Virus record (IMG/VR): IMGVR_UViG_3300014204_000162
Coordinates: 1-64,000 of that record
Direction: 5' to 3' (one strand)
Source: a virus
Lineage: Duplodnaviria > Caudoviricetes
DNA: 64,000 nt
Below are positions 28,820-37,868 of the stretch, piece by piece (the first letter of the stretch is position 1; the number at the start of each line of letters is the position of its first letter). The notes beneath the pieces were generated by a model, which was given only the letters and a program-made list of their open reading frames with translations, was not told the DNA's origin and did not search any database. A program made the translations under genes and the position numbers.

Positions 28820-29001
28820 GAAGGAGCCTAAAATAATGATAAATAAAAATGATTGTTTTGACTGTGCAAATTGCATTATACGTAAAGAGGATTGGTTTAA
28901 AAGGGATAGAAAATGGTTTTGCGAAGTAACTGGAGAGCCTATCCCCAAAGATGGGACACAAGAGAATGATTGCGTAAACTTTAAATATGAGGAGTGATTG
29001 T

Positions 29002-29190
29002 ATGAGTGAAAACATAATAAATACTAAGAAATTATGTGAATGGTTAGAAATAAGTGAAAATACTGCTTATAACTGGCGTAAGTATAATGGCCTGCCATAT
29101 AAGAAGATAACTAAGAAAACAATACAATATGATCGAGAAGAAGTAATAAATTGGTTAAACAAAAATTCAATGCCTGATGATATTCTGTAG
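29002..29190 (+). CDS. Excisionase/AlpA-like small HTH protein
   Basis: 'INTKKLCEWLEISENTAYNWRK..GLPYKK....IQYDREEV..WL'. Confidence 0.8.
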   Translation: MSENIINTKKLCEWLEISENTAYNWRKYNGLPYKKITKKTIQYDREEVINWLNKNSMPDDIL

Positions 29191-29276
29191 GTATAAAGAA
29201 ATACTTAAAAGGATTGGCGACGATCCATTGGATATATGGCAAGAATTGTTTGCAAATATTTTGGTATAACACAATA

Positions 29277-29302
29277 TTACGCTTTAAATATTTAAAGCGT
29301 AA
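29277..29302. promoter_or_regulatory. Perfect 26-bp palindrome TTACGCTTTAAATATTTAAAGCGTAA
   Basis: Exact self-complementarity; lies just downstream of TGG-TATAAC (extended -10-like). Confidence 0.55.
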
Positions 29303-29339
29303 ATCCATGAAATCTTTATAATATTAGTGAGGTGAGGAC

Positions 29340-29675
29340 ATGGGCTATCAATTTAAAAGTACCGACGGATTATGCCAGAGTGATAATATTGACCTTATAA
29401 CATCATGGGATAATATAGTAAATAAGCAAAAGAAAAATGAGAATGATTGGATATCTATGCTTAGAAGTAAAGGAATAAAAGCTGCTCATCCTGATGATGG
29501 GTGGGTTGATAGAAATTTGAACAAAGCATATTTACCTTATCCCCAATTTAATGACGGGGTAAGAGAAGGTGATTTGATAGCATTGGGATGGTCTAACAAA
29601 TGGAGAATAGTAAAAATAACTAAAGTAGAAGAAACCATGTTTGGCATGAAGTATTATTGGTCCAGAAAGGAGTGA
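29340..29675 (+). CDS. Hypothetical protein
   Basis: SD GAGGTGAGG; 'KAAHPDDGWVDR' ORF. Confidence 0.6.
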   Translation: MGYQFKSTDGLCQSDNIDLITSWDNIVNKQKKNENDWISMLRSKGIKAAHPDDGWVDRNLNKAYLPYPQFNDGVREGDLIALGWSNKWRIVKITKVEETMFGMKYYWSRKE

Positions 29676-29679
29676 TTAT

Positions 29680-30090
29680 ATGGATTTTATAACTGCAGAA
29701 CAGTTCTTGCAGCAGCCAAAGGAGGTACAGAAGGTATTTATAGATTGGTGGCATAAAAATATAAAGGCATATGATTTGTATAAACCAAAACATGTATGGG
29801 GAGATATCATATGCCTCAGAGATGATAAAAAATATATCGAAGCTGTTAAAATGTGCATTGATGATGCTGCTATTCCATTGCTCGCAGAATCCCAATTGCG
29901 GCATTTTATAGAGGACAAAACGGACTGTATTATCCGCAGTAATCCATATAAAAATCATGAATACAAATGGGTGTACTTAATTGACTTAATACCAAGGAAT
30001 GAAGATACAAGGGCATATAGCTTTAAAGAGATACAGCTTGAGGATTATTTACAAACATTATGGCAGGTAGCCTGCAAGATAGCACTTTAA
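29680..30090 (+). CDS. Hypothetical phage protein
   Basis: 'FITAEQFL.QP.EVQKVF.DWW', 'LWQVAC.IA'. Confidence 0.65.
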   Translation: MDFITAEQFLQQPKEVQKVFIDWWHKNIKAYDLYKPKHVWGDIICLRDDKKYIEAVKMCIDDAAIPLLAESQLRHFIEDKTDCIIRSNPYKNHEYKWVYLIDLIPRNEDTRAYSFKEIQLEDYLQTLWQVACKIAL

Positions 30091-30164
30091 AATGCAGAAG
30101 GCAAATACATTTAAAGATAAATATTTCCGAGGTTATAAAAATAATTGCTAGTTTGACATCGAAT

Positions 30165-30190
30165 AAGCCCCTAACCAGGGCTTCTTTTTT
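30165..30190 (+). terminator. Rho-independent terminator ending the early/middle operon
   Basis: AAGCCCCT-AACC-AGGGCTT hairpin followed by a T tract. Confidence 0.7.
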
Positions 30191-30198
30191 ATTCCACG

Positions 30199-30261
30199 AA
30201 AAATAGCGGTAAAAAATCGGTAAAAAATCGGTAAATTTCACGAGAAAAGCTGTGCTACAAT
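30199..30261 (+). promoter_or_regulatory. Putative late promoter: tandem CGGT-AAAAAA repeats plus extended -10 TG-C-TACAAT, no canonical -35
   Basis: AAAAATAGCGGT AAAAAATCGGT AAAAAATCGGT at 30199-30232; TGCTACAAT at 30253-61. Confidence 0.55.
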
Positions 30262-30303
30262 AATAGCATGAGAATTTATTTAAAATAGAAGAATACTCTT
30301 GCA

Positions 30304-30345
30304 AAGATCCCCAATACTCCAAACCGGAACTGGGGATCTTTTATT
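30304..30345 (+). terminator. Hairpin with T-rich tail just downstream of the putative late promoter
   Basis: AAGATCCCCA...TGGGGATCTT 10-bp stem then TTTATTT. Confidence 0.6.
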
Positions 30346-30471
30346 TTAACGAAGCGAGGTACAACCATGAAGCGTATAAGCAAAGCAGAGTATATGAAAC
30401 GGCTTAGGCAAAGACAACCGATTGCAAAGACCAAACATGGATACTGGGAGATAGGATATAAGTTTTAATTT

Positions 30472-30706
30472 GTGGTGGTGATGGAATAGGTAGACATTAA
30501 TCAGACATAGTGAGAACTCTGCTGGTAAGACGTGACTGTCCTTGTGGTGAAATTCCAAAAGGTACGTTGACAGTCTGTTGCGGTAAGGTAATGGTATTAA
30601 TTCCATTTAATTGCCTGAAGAGAAGGGCAGAAATGCCAGAACTAAAACGAGGCGTCAGTACACGCCTATCCTATGCTATGTATGGTGCGAATTCATACCC
30701 ACTACA
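30472..30706 (+). ncRNA. tRNA-like RNA (acceptor stem, D-like and T-like arms) with ~170-nt structured insert in place of the anticodon arm
   Basis: GTGGTGG/CCACTAC 7-bp stem; TG-ATGGAATAGGTAGACA D-arm-like sequence; GTATG-G-TGCGAAT-T-CATAC T arm; internal hairpins. Confidence 0.6.
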
Positions 30707-30974
30707 ATCATGAGAATATAAGCAGATTCCGATAATAATAAAAAATACGGCCAGCAGTCATCATAAGAACCCTGACTGGCCCGTGACCTGCTTAAAATTT
30801 GTTTCCTTTGAAGGTGCCAAAAGAACTGAGTAAAAACTTGGTTCTTTTTTTATTACCGGCATTTCTTGAAAATGTCGCTAGTGGCTAAAAGTTATGCCTT
30901 AAAACTGAAAATTATAGGCTAGGCATACGCTTAGTCTATTTTTTATACCTAAATTTAAAAGGAGCGTGTTATTC

Positions 30975-31763
30975 ATGGAAAAAGTGAGTAAACAAGTCAG
31001 TAATGTTAAAGAACAAGTATTTGTGGAGTCAAAGACAATGAGAGAAGAATATATCGGGAATGTTGATGTATTAGACAAAATAAAGGCAATCCAATATTTA
31101 ACACCGGATATGATATTGAGCGTTGGACAGGTGGCAAATTATTATGAGGTTTCCACTAATACTATTAAAACTATTATCAATAGAAATAAAGAGGAACTTG
31201 AGGATGATGGTTTAATGGTATTGAAAGGAGAGCAATTAGAAGAATTCGGTAAACAAATTTGTGAGTTTCACGGTGAAGATGACAAAATAAGTAATAAAAC
31301 AAGAGCATTTACTATTCTAACGAGGCGAGCAATGTTAAGAATAGGAATGTTATTGACTAATTGCTATATTGCTTCAAAAGTTAAAAACTATCTTTTAAAT
31401 ATTGAAGAAGAAGCAACTCCGGAACAAAAAAGATGGGCTATACAAAGAGAAGCAGCAATAATAGATAGAAAAAGAATGACAACAGCGATAAAAAACTATA
31501 TCCCGGAGACTGAGCACAAAGGACTTGCATATCCCAATTATACAAATATGATATATCGCATTTTGTTCAAAATGGATGCAAAACATTTAAGAGTAGAACG
31601 GAACGTAAAAGACAATGATGCGTTAAGAGATAGTTTTAAAGATATAGAATTAGAACAGGTTGCTGAAGCAGAAACAATTGTTACAGCATTAATAGCACTT
31701 GGATTTAGTTTTGACTATATAAAAGAGCAGTTACAAAAGAAATATATGGCAATATTAAATTAA
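30975..31763 (+). CDS. Antirepressor-like DNA-binding protein (ORF6N-like N-terminal domain)
   Basis: 'QVANYYEV....IKTIINRNKEELE.DG', 'TRRAMLRIGMLL......A..V..YLL'. Confidence 0.65.
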   Translation: MEKVSKQVSNVKEQVFVESKTMREEYIGNVDVLDKIKAIQYLTPDMILSVGQVANYYEVSTNTIKTIINRNKEELEDDGLMVLKGEQLEEFGKQICEFHGEDDKISNKTRAFTILTRRAMLRIGMLLTNCYIASKVKNYLLNIEEEATPEQKRWAIQREAAIIDRKRMTTAIKNYIPETEHKGLAYPNYTNMIYRILFKMDAKHLRVERNVKDNDALRDSFKDIELEQVAEAETIVTALIALGFSFDYIKEQLQKKYMAILN

Positions 31764-32032
31764 GTCGTGAACATTATAAAGTCTTGTAAATGCAGGGCTT
31801 TTTTCTATAGGGCAGGTTTTACCTCCTTCCTGCCCGCTCCATTGGGGGTATGGATATGGAACAAAAGAAAACTGCATATGAAGAAGCTGTAGAAATGACA
31901 GAACAATATAAAATAAAGCTTGAGACATGCCGCAAGTGTGTGTGGTCTATCAGACAGGAAGAATTGATATACTGCCCTTTTAGCGGTTGTATAAATATGC
32001 AGTATATACACAAATAAAAAGTAGGTGAGCTC

Positions 32033-32245
32033 ATGCCGAAGCTAAATAAAATAAAACCTGACTGCCATAGATGCAAATACCTTTATAACGATTGCGGCAC
32101 TAAATATTGCAAGAAGAAGACCTGCCATTTTAAAGAAAGGGAATGTAAAAAAGAATATCTATCTTCAGACGATTTTGCAAAGATGATGCGGCATGACAGC
32201 TACAGCCGAGAGCATGGGGCAATAAAACAGAAGAGATGGAGTTAA
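32033..32245 (+). CDS. Small Cys-rich hypothetical protein
   Basis: CxxC and further Cys; SD GGTGAG. Confidence 0.5.
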   Translation: MPKLNKIKPDCHRCKYLYNDCGTKYCKKKTCHFKERECKKEYLSSDDFAKMMRHDSYSREHGAIKQKRWS

Positions 32246-32586
32246 TGAGGTATAAGAATAAATGCTCATGCACATCTTTTGATGCAAAAGTTAAAAAAGA
32301 TAATATTATAATAAGATGTTTCAACGGCAATAAAAAAGTTGGCGAAGATAAAGTTAATATAGACGATTATTTAAGTAACGATATGCAGTTTGGCAGGAGA
32401 CTATTTATAATTGATAGGGATATAAATAGTCTCAAAACGGATATGTTAGAGTTTACGCCAAGTGTAATTGACATAAATGCAGACTGCATAAAAAAGGCAA
32501 TAGATGGGGCTTTAAAAGATGCAGGATTATATAAGTTAACATTGTCGGGGAAAATGGAAGAATTTATGAAAAACAAGAGGCTCTAA
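32236..32586 (+). CDS. Hypothetical protein
   Basis: ORF overlapping the previous gene. Confidence 0.45.
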   Translation: MELMRYKNKCSCTSFDAKVKKDNIIIRCFNGNKKVGEDKVNIDDYLSNDMQFGRRLFIIDRDINSLKTDMLEFTPSVIDINADCIKKAIDGALKDAGLYKLTLSGKMEEFMKNKRL

Positions 32587-32859
32587 AATGCCCTATACCG
32601 TTTTAGGACATATAAAAGTACACCACCCAAATAAAATAGACGCCTTATAGGCCGTTTTAGAGCAATAAACATATGTACTTGTTTAGTAAAATAATGGGGG
32701 CTTAATATGGATGTTTTAAAAGCAATACATAACTACATAAACGGCATAGAGATAGCATACAAAGGTGGAGCGGCAATAGCCGACATGTTGGTATGGGGCT
32801 TTTTTATATTTTCACTTGTAGTGGAGATATTAAAGAAAATAAATTGAGGGGGAATAAAA

Positions 32860-33072
32860 ATTAGGTATAGAAAGAAACCGGTTGTTATTAAAGCTGAAGT
32901 ATATAAGCCAGGCATGGAAGATGGATTCAGGGCAACAGATGAATGTTATCAGCAATTCGGATCGGATTTAGATTCTTGCAGCAGACAAGAAAATGAGGGG
33001 TGCAAAGGTTGCAGATGTTTTAAACCATATGTGAACACTCTTCACGGTGAATATATAACTAAAGAGAGTTAG
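32860..33072 (+). pseudogene. Degenerate member of the 'M(K/R)YRKKPVVI.A' phage protein family
   Basis: Reads (ATT)RYRKKPVVIKAEVY...VNTLHGEYITKES*; no ATG after the SD and appears C-terminally truncated. Confidence 0.4.
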
Positions 33073-33130
33073 AACAATAAGAATTTAAAGGCTGAATAGG
33101 CCTTATTTTAATTTAAGGAGGAATATAAAA

Positions 33131-33373
33131 ATGCAAGTAATATTAAGTGAAGAAGAGTACATGGAATTAAAGGAAAAGGCCGATGGGTTTGACACAATTT
33201 CGTCTACAATAAACTACAACTGGTGGAACCTTAAAGAGCATAAAATAGATAAATCAAGACCGCTTACAATAGAACTGCAAAAGATGCTTGAAGCAGTTGG
33301 AATAGACGAAGATATTGTTCAGTTTATACCGGAGAAAGTGGAAATAAAATTTAATACAAAGGAGCAAATATAA
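33131..33373 (+). CDS. Hypothetical protein
   Basis: SD AAGGAGG; 'MQVILSEEEYMELK'. Confidence 0.55.
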   Translation: MQVILSEEEYMELKEKADGFDTISSTINYNWWNLKEHKIDKSRPLTIELQKMLEAVGIDEDIVQFIPEKVEIKFNTKEQI

Positions 33374-34033
33374 GAGATTGTTATGAGAATACTTGGGTGG
33401 ATAGGATTAACATGGATGGTACTATGCTTGATAACTGATTTAATAAAAATAATAAACAGCAACAGAGTGTCTGATAGGGCTGCCTTTTTAGTTAATAGCA
33501 TTTTATCTGGAATATTTGTGTATTTCTTTGTTATGTATTTAAGATAGGCAAAAGGAGAAACCGTATGAAAATATATTATATTGTTCTGTTAATATATTTT
33601 GGCTTTTTAATTGGTTACCCTCTAGGCTATATAAGATCATCTATTCGTAATATTAAATAAAATAAGCACTTGCTTTACAAATAATCGTTTCGCCCCTTAA
33701 GCTTAATTAAAAAAATATGACATTAGGCTATTAATACCTCAGACAACTGTAAGGAGGAGAGAGGGTAGGGCCCCTACTCCGACTGGAAGGCGTCAGCATG
33801 CAAAGTAACTATGATATGGATGTTGGAAGAAGAAAAAACAAGAGAAAAGAAACAGGAACAAATTTCAGCAATTTGGTGCGACTACACTATATATAATATA
33901 GGGTTATGACACCAAAAATATAGGACTTAAAATCTTGGACACGGCATAACTACTTGATTTAGGAGTAGTTTTTTATTTGCAAAAAAAGTGTGTATTCTTT
34001 GCAAAAACATACAAAAAAAGTGTAGGTGATTTT

Positions 34034-34585
34034 ATGGCTAATACAGCTAAACAAATTTTAAAAACAACAAAATATTTAAACCCATGCACAGGGGAATTGA
34101 ATGAAAAAGAATCGTGGGTAGATACTTATTTTAATGATGATGGATATTTATTTTATAACCGTAAAATGGGATATAAGATATTTACAGAAATTTGTTTGCC
34201 AGAAGAATTCACATGGTCGGAAAAGGGGCGTATTCAAGAATTACAACATTATATATTAAAGGACAATCAACTGCTCGTGTACCGCAGCAATGACAAGATA
34301 AAACCTATCGGTGGAAATGAAATGTGCCGTATATTTGATATGAGTGGAAGACAATGCAGAACTTTAATAAATAAAATGAAAAGCCTTAAAGTTATTAAAG
34401 AGGTTTCTATTGATGGTATAGAATATTTTGCATTTAACCCATTATACGCCTTTAAAGATAAACGATTAAGCGTAGGTGTTTACTTAATGTTTCAAGAAGA
34501 ATTAAGGAGTGTTCTTCCTCAATGGGTAATAAAAAAGTTTGCAGAACAGATACAAGAGTTGAGACCATCTATTAAAATTATTTAG
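34034..34585 (+). CDS. wHTH protein, RepL-like (paralog 1)
   Basis: 'GYLFYN', 'R.LINKMKSLKVI', 'FAFNPLYAFK', 'LPQWV'; SD AGGTGA before ATG 34034. Confidence 0.55.
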   Translation: MANTAKQILKTTKYLNPCTGELNEKESWVDTYFNDDGYLFYNRKMGYKIFTEICLPEEFTWSEKGRIQELQHYILKDNQLLVYRSNDKIKPIGGNEMCRIFDMSGRQCRTLINKMKSLKVIKEVSIDGIEYFAFNPLYAFKDKRLSVGVYLMFQEELRSVLPQWVIKKFAEQIQELRPSIKII

Positions 34586-34626
34586 CATAAACAAACCAAT
34601 ATATTGCTGGAGATAGAAGAAGGTGT

Positions 34627-34899
34627 ATGATTATGCAAGAGTTTAAAGTAAATATAAATGATGCCGTTAGAGTCAAGCTAACAGAATTTGGCGTGGAGAT
34701 ATTAAGGAAAAGACATGAACAGTTAAATGAAGTATTACTACGACATGGGGCTAAAATAGAACCTTTTGTATTGAGACTTGATGATAAGGGATATTACAAT
34801 ACTCAATTATGGATGCTGATGAATATATTTGGACCTTATAGCAATATTGGGTTTCCTATTATTTTTGACAATGGTATCATCTTTGAAACAACTGAATAG
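34627..34899 (+). CDS. Hypothetical phage protein
   Basis: 'FKVNINDAVRVKLTEFG' ORF; followed by a terminator-like hairpin. Confidence 0.6.
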   Translation: MIMQEFKVNINDAVRVKLTEFGVEILRKRHEQLNEVLLRHGAKIEPFVLRLDDKGYYNTQLWMLMNIFGPYSNIGFPIIFDNGIIFETTE

Positions 34900-34979
34900 G
34901 CTAGCAATACCAACAGGAGCTTATAGATAGGCTCTTTTTTAATACTTAAACATATATAAATTATTATAAAGGTAGGTGA

Positions 34980-35498
34980 ATGAATATGTATGACCCAAAC
35001 AGAGGTGGAAGACCGTTAAAGTTTAAAACCCCGGAAGATTTAGAGAGGAAATGCGAAGAATATTTAGAGTCATGCTTTGAGGATAAGCCAGTTATGGGCA
35101 AAGACGGTTGGCCTATAAAAGATGAAAACGGCTGTGCAGTTATGGAGAGAACGCAGATTACACCCATTACTGTAAGTGGATTGGCTGTAGCACTTGATAC
35201 GGATAGAATAACGTTATTGAGATATGAAAAGGACGAAGTAATAAGTGTTAATGAAGAGCAACGCAAGCGGTTTTCTAACACCGTCAAAAAGTACAAGGCT
35301 ATTTGCGAACGGTTTGCAGAGGAACAACTTTACAAGCTCCGTAACCCTGCAGGTGCTATCTTTTCACTCAAAAATAACTGGCAATGGGTTGATAAGACTG
35401 AGTTTACAGTCAATGATACCCCTGATAAACTTAACCCTGACGATGTGTCGAAACGTGTTAGAGAGAAGTTGAAATTGGAAAATAAAAATAAGAAGTAA
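34980..35498 (+). CDS. Terminase small subunit (gp3-like DNA packaging protein)
   Basis: 'GGRPLKFKTPEDL', 'PITVSGLAVAL', 'FSNTVKK.K', 'GAIFSLKNNWQWVDK'. Confidence 0.85.
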   Translation: MNMYDPNRGGRPLKFKTPEDLERKCEEYLESCFEDKPVMGKDGWPIKDENGCAVMERTQITPITVSGLAVALDTDRITLLRYEKDEVISVNEEQRKRFSNTVKKYKAICERFAEEQLYKLRNPAGAIFSLKNNWQWVDKTEFTVNDTPDKLNPDDVSKRVREKLKLENKNKK

Positions 35499-36105
35499 TT
35501 ATGCTGTGCTGTATACAATGGGTGTAAAGCGTTGATACTACTGGCTTAAGGCCTACTATTGAAACTGTATATACTATGCATGAAAGGTATCTTTAACGCA
35601 GTGTATATTGGTAAAGTGTAGAAGTGTTAAAGAGGCGGGGGTTGTTTTGGCCTATACTTTTGGTCAGGTACGTTGTTTAGTCCTCTAAAAATATCTACCA
35701 AAACAAACGGCGCCCTTAACCCCACAAATACAAAATAGCCTTAAATATGTACTTTAAGGTTTTAATGTTACTCAAAATTAGGGGGTTCAATGTGGACCTC
35801 CTTTTTATAATGCTGTAAAGTTGATTTTATGAAATATCAATTGCCCTATAACCCGTTTTATAAAAATTTTTCCTAAAAAATAAAACGGGGACTTTTGCAT
35901 GTTTTAAAATACTTGATATAAAAGACCATAGAGGAATACTAAAATTATTAGGCCCATGTATTCCTGCATAGTACATACCTATTGTGGCTTTTCGTGGTTA
36001 AAACCTTAAACCCTTTGATAATATAAGGCTTACATAGATTTTGCAAACGTCATATACCCCTGTTTTTAGAGGGTATTTTTACATCTCTGGTGACGTAAAA
36101 AAGAG

Positions 36106-36663
36106 GTGATATTTTTGTATAAAAAAACAGTAATTTATAATGACAACGGTGAAATAGTAAACGATAAAACATTGAGATATAAAAATAAATTCGACGAAGA
36201 AGAAGGATATTTATTTTGGAACCAAAGGAATTTTGTTAAAACATTTTCTGATGTAGAATACCCTAAAGAAATGAACGACATTGAAATAGGACGGATGGCA
36301 AGGCTATCAAAGAAGGTATGGAGCAATACAAACATGCTTGGATATAGAGGAAATGGCGGGATAAGGCCTTATGACATAAATTGCATAGGCCAAATTATAG
36401 GGATACAGCAAAGACAGGCAGAACGATTTATATCGAAGATGATTAAATTAGGAATAATGGCAAAAGTCAGTATAAAAGTAGAAGGGAAAACAGAAGTACA
36501 GTATTACCTCAATCCTATCTACTTTTTTTCATCTAATAGAATACCATTAAACTTATATTTGATATTTAGAAAACAATTAGATGAAGTTTTACCCAAATGG
36601 GTTAAAGAAAGCTATGATACGCAAGTACACGAAGATTCTAAACATGAAGCAAAATTAAAATAA
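36106..36663 (+). CDS. wHTH protein, RepL-like (paralog 2)
   Basis: 'GYLFWN', 'RFISKMIKLGIM', 'YYLNPIYFFS', 'LPKWV'; aligns by eye with 34034..34585. Confidence 0.55.
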   Translation: MIFLYKKTVIYNDNGEIVNDKTLRYKNKFDEEEGYLFWNQRNFVKTFSDVEYPKEMNDIEIGRMARLSKKVWSNTNMLGYRGNGGIRPYDINCIGQIIGIQQRQAERFISKMIKLGIMAKVSIKVEGKTEVQYYLNPIYFFSSNRIPLNLYLIFRKQLDEVLPKWVKESYDTQVHEDSKHEAKLK

Positions 36664-36675
36664 GGAGGCAATAAA

Positions 36676-36936
36676 ATGCCTGACGAAATGGTAAAAGAAA
36701 AATTATGGAAAGAGTTTAGATAATCTGGTCTTTTATGGTGGATAAATATGATATTACATACTTTTGGCTGGGCTATTGTTATTGAGATTGATGATAAAGG
36801 CGATATAACAAATGCTTATCCGCCGAGGGTAAAGTACCGTGGCTTTGATGAGAGAGACAATACAGAAGGATATATAGAAGTATCTGAGTATCTCAAAAAA
36901 AATATAGAACAAATCGAGAAAGAGAGTAAGGAATAA
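36676..36936 (+). pseudogene. Conserved phage gene interrupted by in-frame TAA at 36721-23
   Basis: SD AAGGAGG + ATG 36676; MPDEMVKEKLWKEFR*SGLLWWINMILHTFGWAIV continues in the same frame. Confidence 0.6.
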
Positions 36937-36972
36937 GACAACAATCTTTTATAATTCAAGGAGGGCTTATTA

Positions 36973-37302
36973 ATGAGTGATTTATTAAAAAGAAAAGGCC
37001 AATTTGAAATAACGAGGCGTTTGATTAAAGAAAGTCCAGAAGGAGTATTAAAAGTGCTTAAAAATGTATTGGTTGTCCACATAGTAGACAATTATATAAA
37101 TGACAGCATGATTTATTTTGGCTATTCGCCGCATTTTGATATTGTTGAAGATTTTCAGGACCCGCCCGTATATAGGCCAATAATAAATAAATCAGACGGC
37201 AATATCAGCGTTGAATGGATAAGACAAGATACATATTCTAAAAACGAGGTTAAATCATTGCTGGCTGAAATTAAAGAAGAAATCAAAAATACGAAAGCCT
37301 AA
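36973..37302 (+). CDS. Hypothetical protein
   Basis: SD GGAGGG; ORF. Confidence 0.55.
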   Translation: MSDLLKRKGQFEITRRLIKESPEGVLKVLKNVLVVHIVDNYINDSMIYFGYSPHFDIVEDFQDPPVYRPIINKSDGNISVEWIRQDTYSKNEVKSLLAEIKEEIKNTKA

Positions 37303-37323
37303 TGGCGTAAAGGAGAAATTGCT

Positions 37324-37566
37324 ATGAAAGGGATAATAAACTCATTAAATAAAGTGGCACAGTCTGTTATTAACTTTAGTTTAGCCAAAACTATAAATAA
37401 CATGAAAGGACGTAAATTTACTGAATTTAAAAACATATATAATGTTGAAAATAATTTAACCGATTTGCCAGATGGAGCACTTTTAGTTCGCTGCCCTGTA
37501 TTTAAATATTGTTCAGAAGATAATATGCAAAAAATAGCTGAATTACCGATAGGTTACTATCTATAG
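37324..37566 (+). CDS. Hypothetical protein
   Basis: SD AAGGAG; ORF. Confidence 0.5.
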   Translation: MKGIINSLNKVAQSVINFSLAKTINNMKGRKFTEFKNIYNVENNLTDLPDGALLVRCPVFKYCSEDNMQKIAELPIGYYL

Positions 37567-37581
37567 TTAGGAGGGATTATT

Positions 37582-37836
37582 ATGAAATACGAACCAACAA
37601 TGGAAATGAGCAAATTACGAATTAAAGATATATGGGTGAAAGATGGGAGCCTTTGCAGAATAGTACGATGTGGAGAAAAACCATTTGTATCAAATGGAGA
37701 GACAAAAACGGTATCAAGTATAGTTGAGCATATGGATAACGGTATAAGAAAATATGTTGTGCTTACATCCAGTGAGCAGATAATATGCACCGTTGAACCT
37801 TCCAATGTTGTTTATGTACATTATTTTGATAAATAG
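37582..37836 (+). CDS. Hypothetical protein
   Basis: SD GGAGGG; ORF. Confidence 0.5.
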   Translation: MKYEPTMEMSKLRIKDIWVKDGSLCRIVRCGEKPFVSNGETKTVSSIVEHMDNGIRKYVVLTSSEQIICTVEPSNVVYVHYFDK

Positions 37837-37868
37837 CAAAAGCTTTTACTTCAAAGCAAGGTGATTCT

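Noticed and set aside
30472-30706. Canonical tRNA or tmRNA call
   Set aside because: No 7-nt anticodon loop on a 5-bp stem, no CCA, no tag reading frame ending in hydrophobic/Ala residues; kept only as tRNA-like.
30510-30713. 67-aa ORF over the tRNA-like element
   Set aside because: No SD, GTG start, and it coincides with strongly paired RNA structure; probably spurious.
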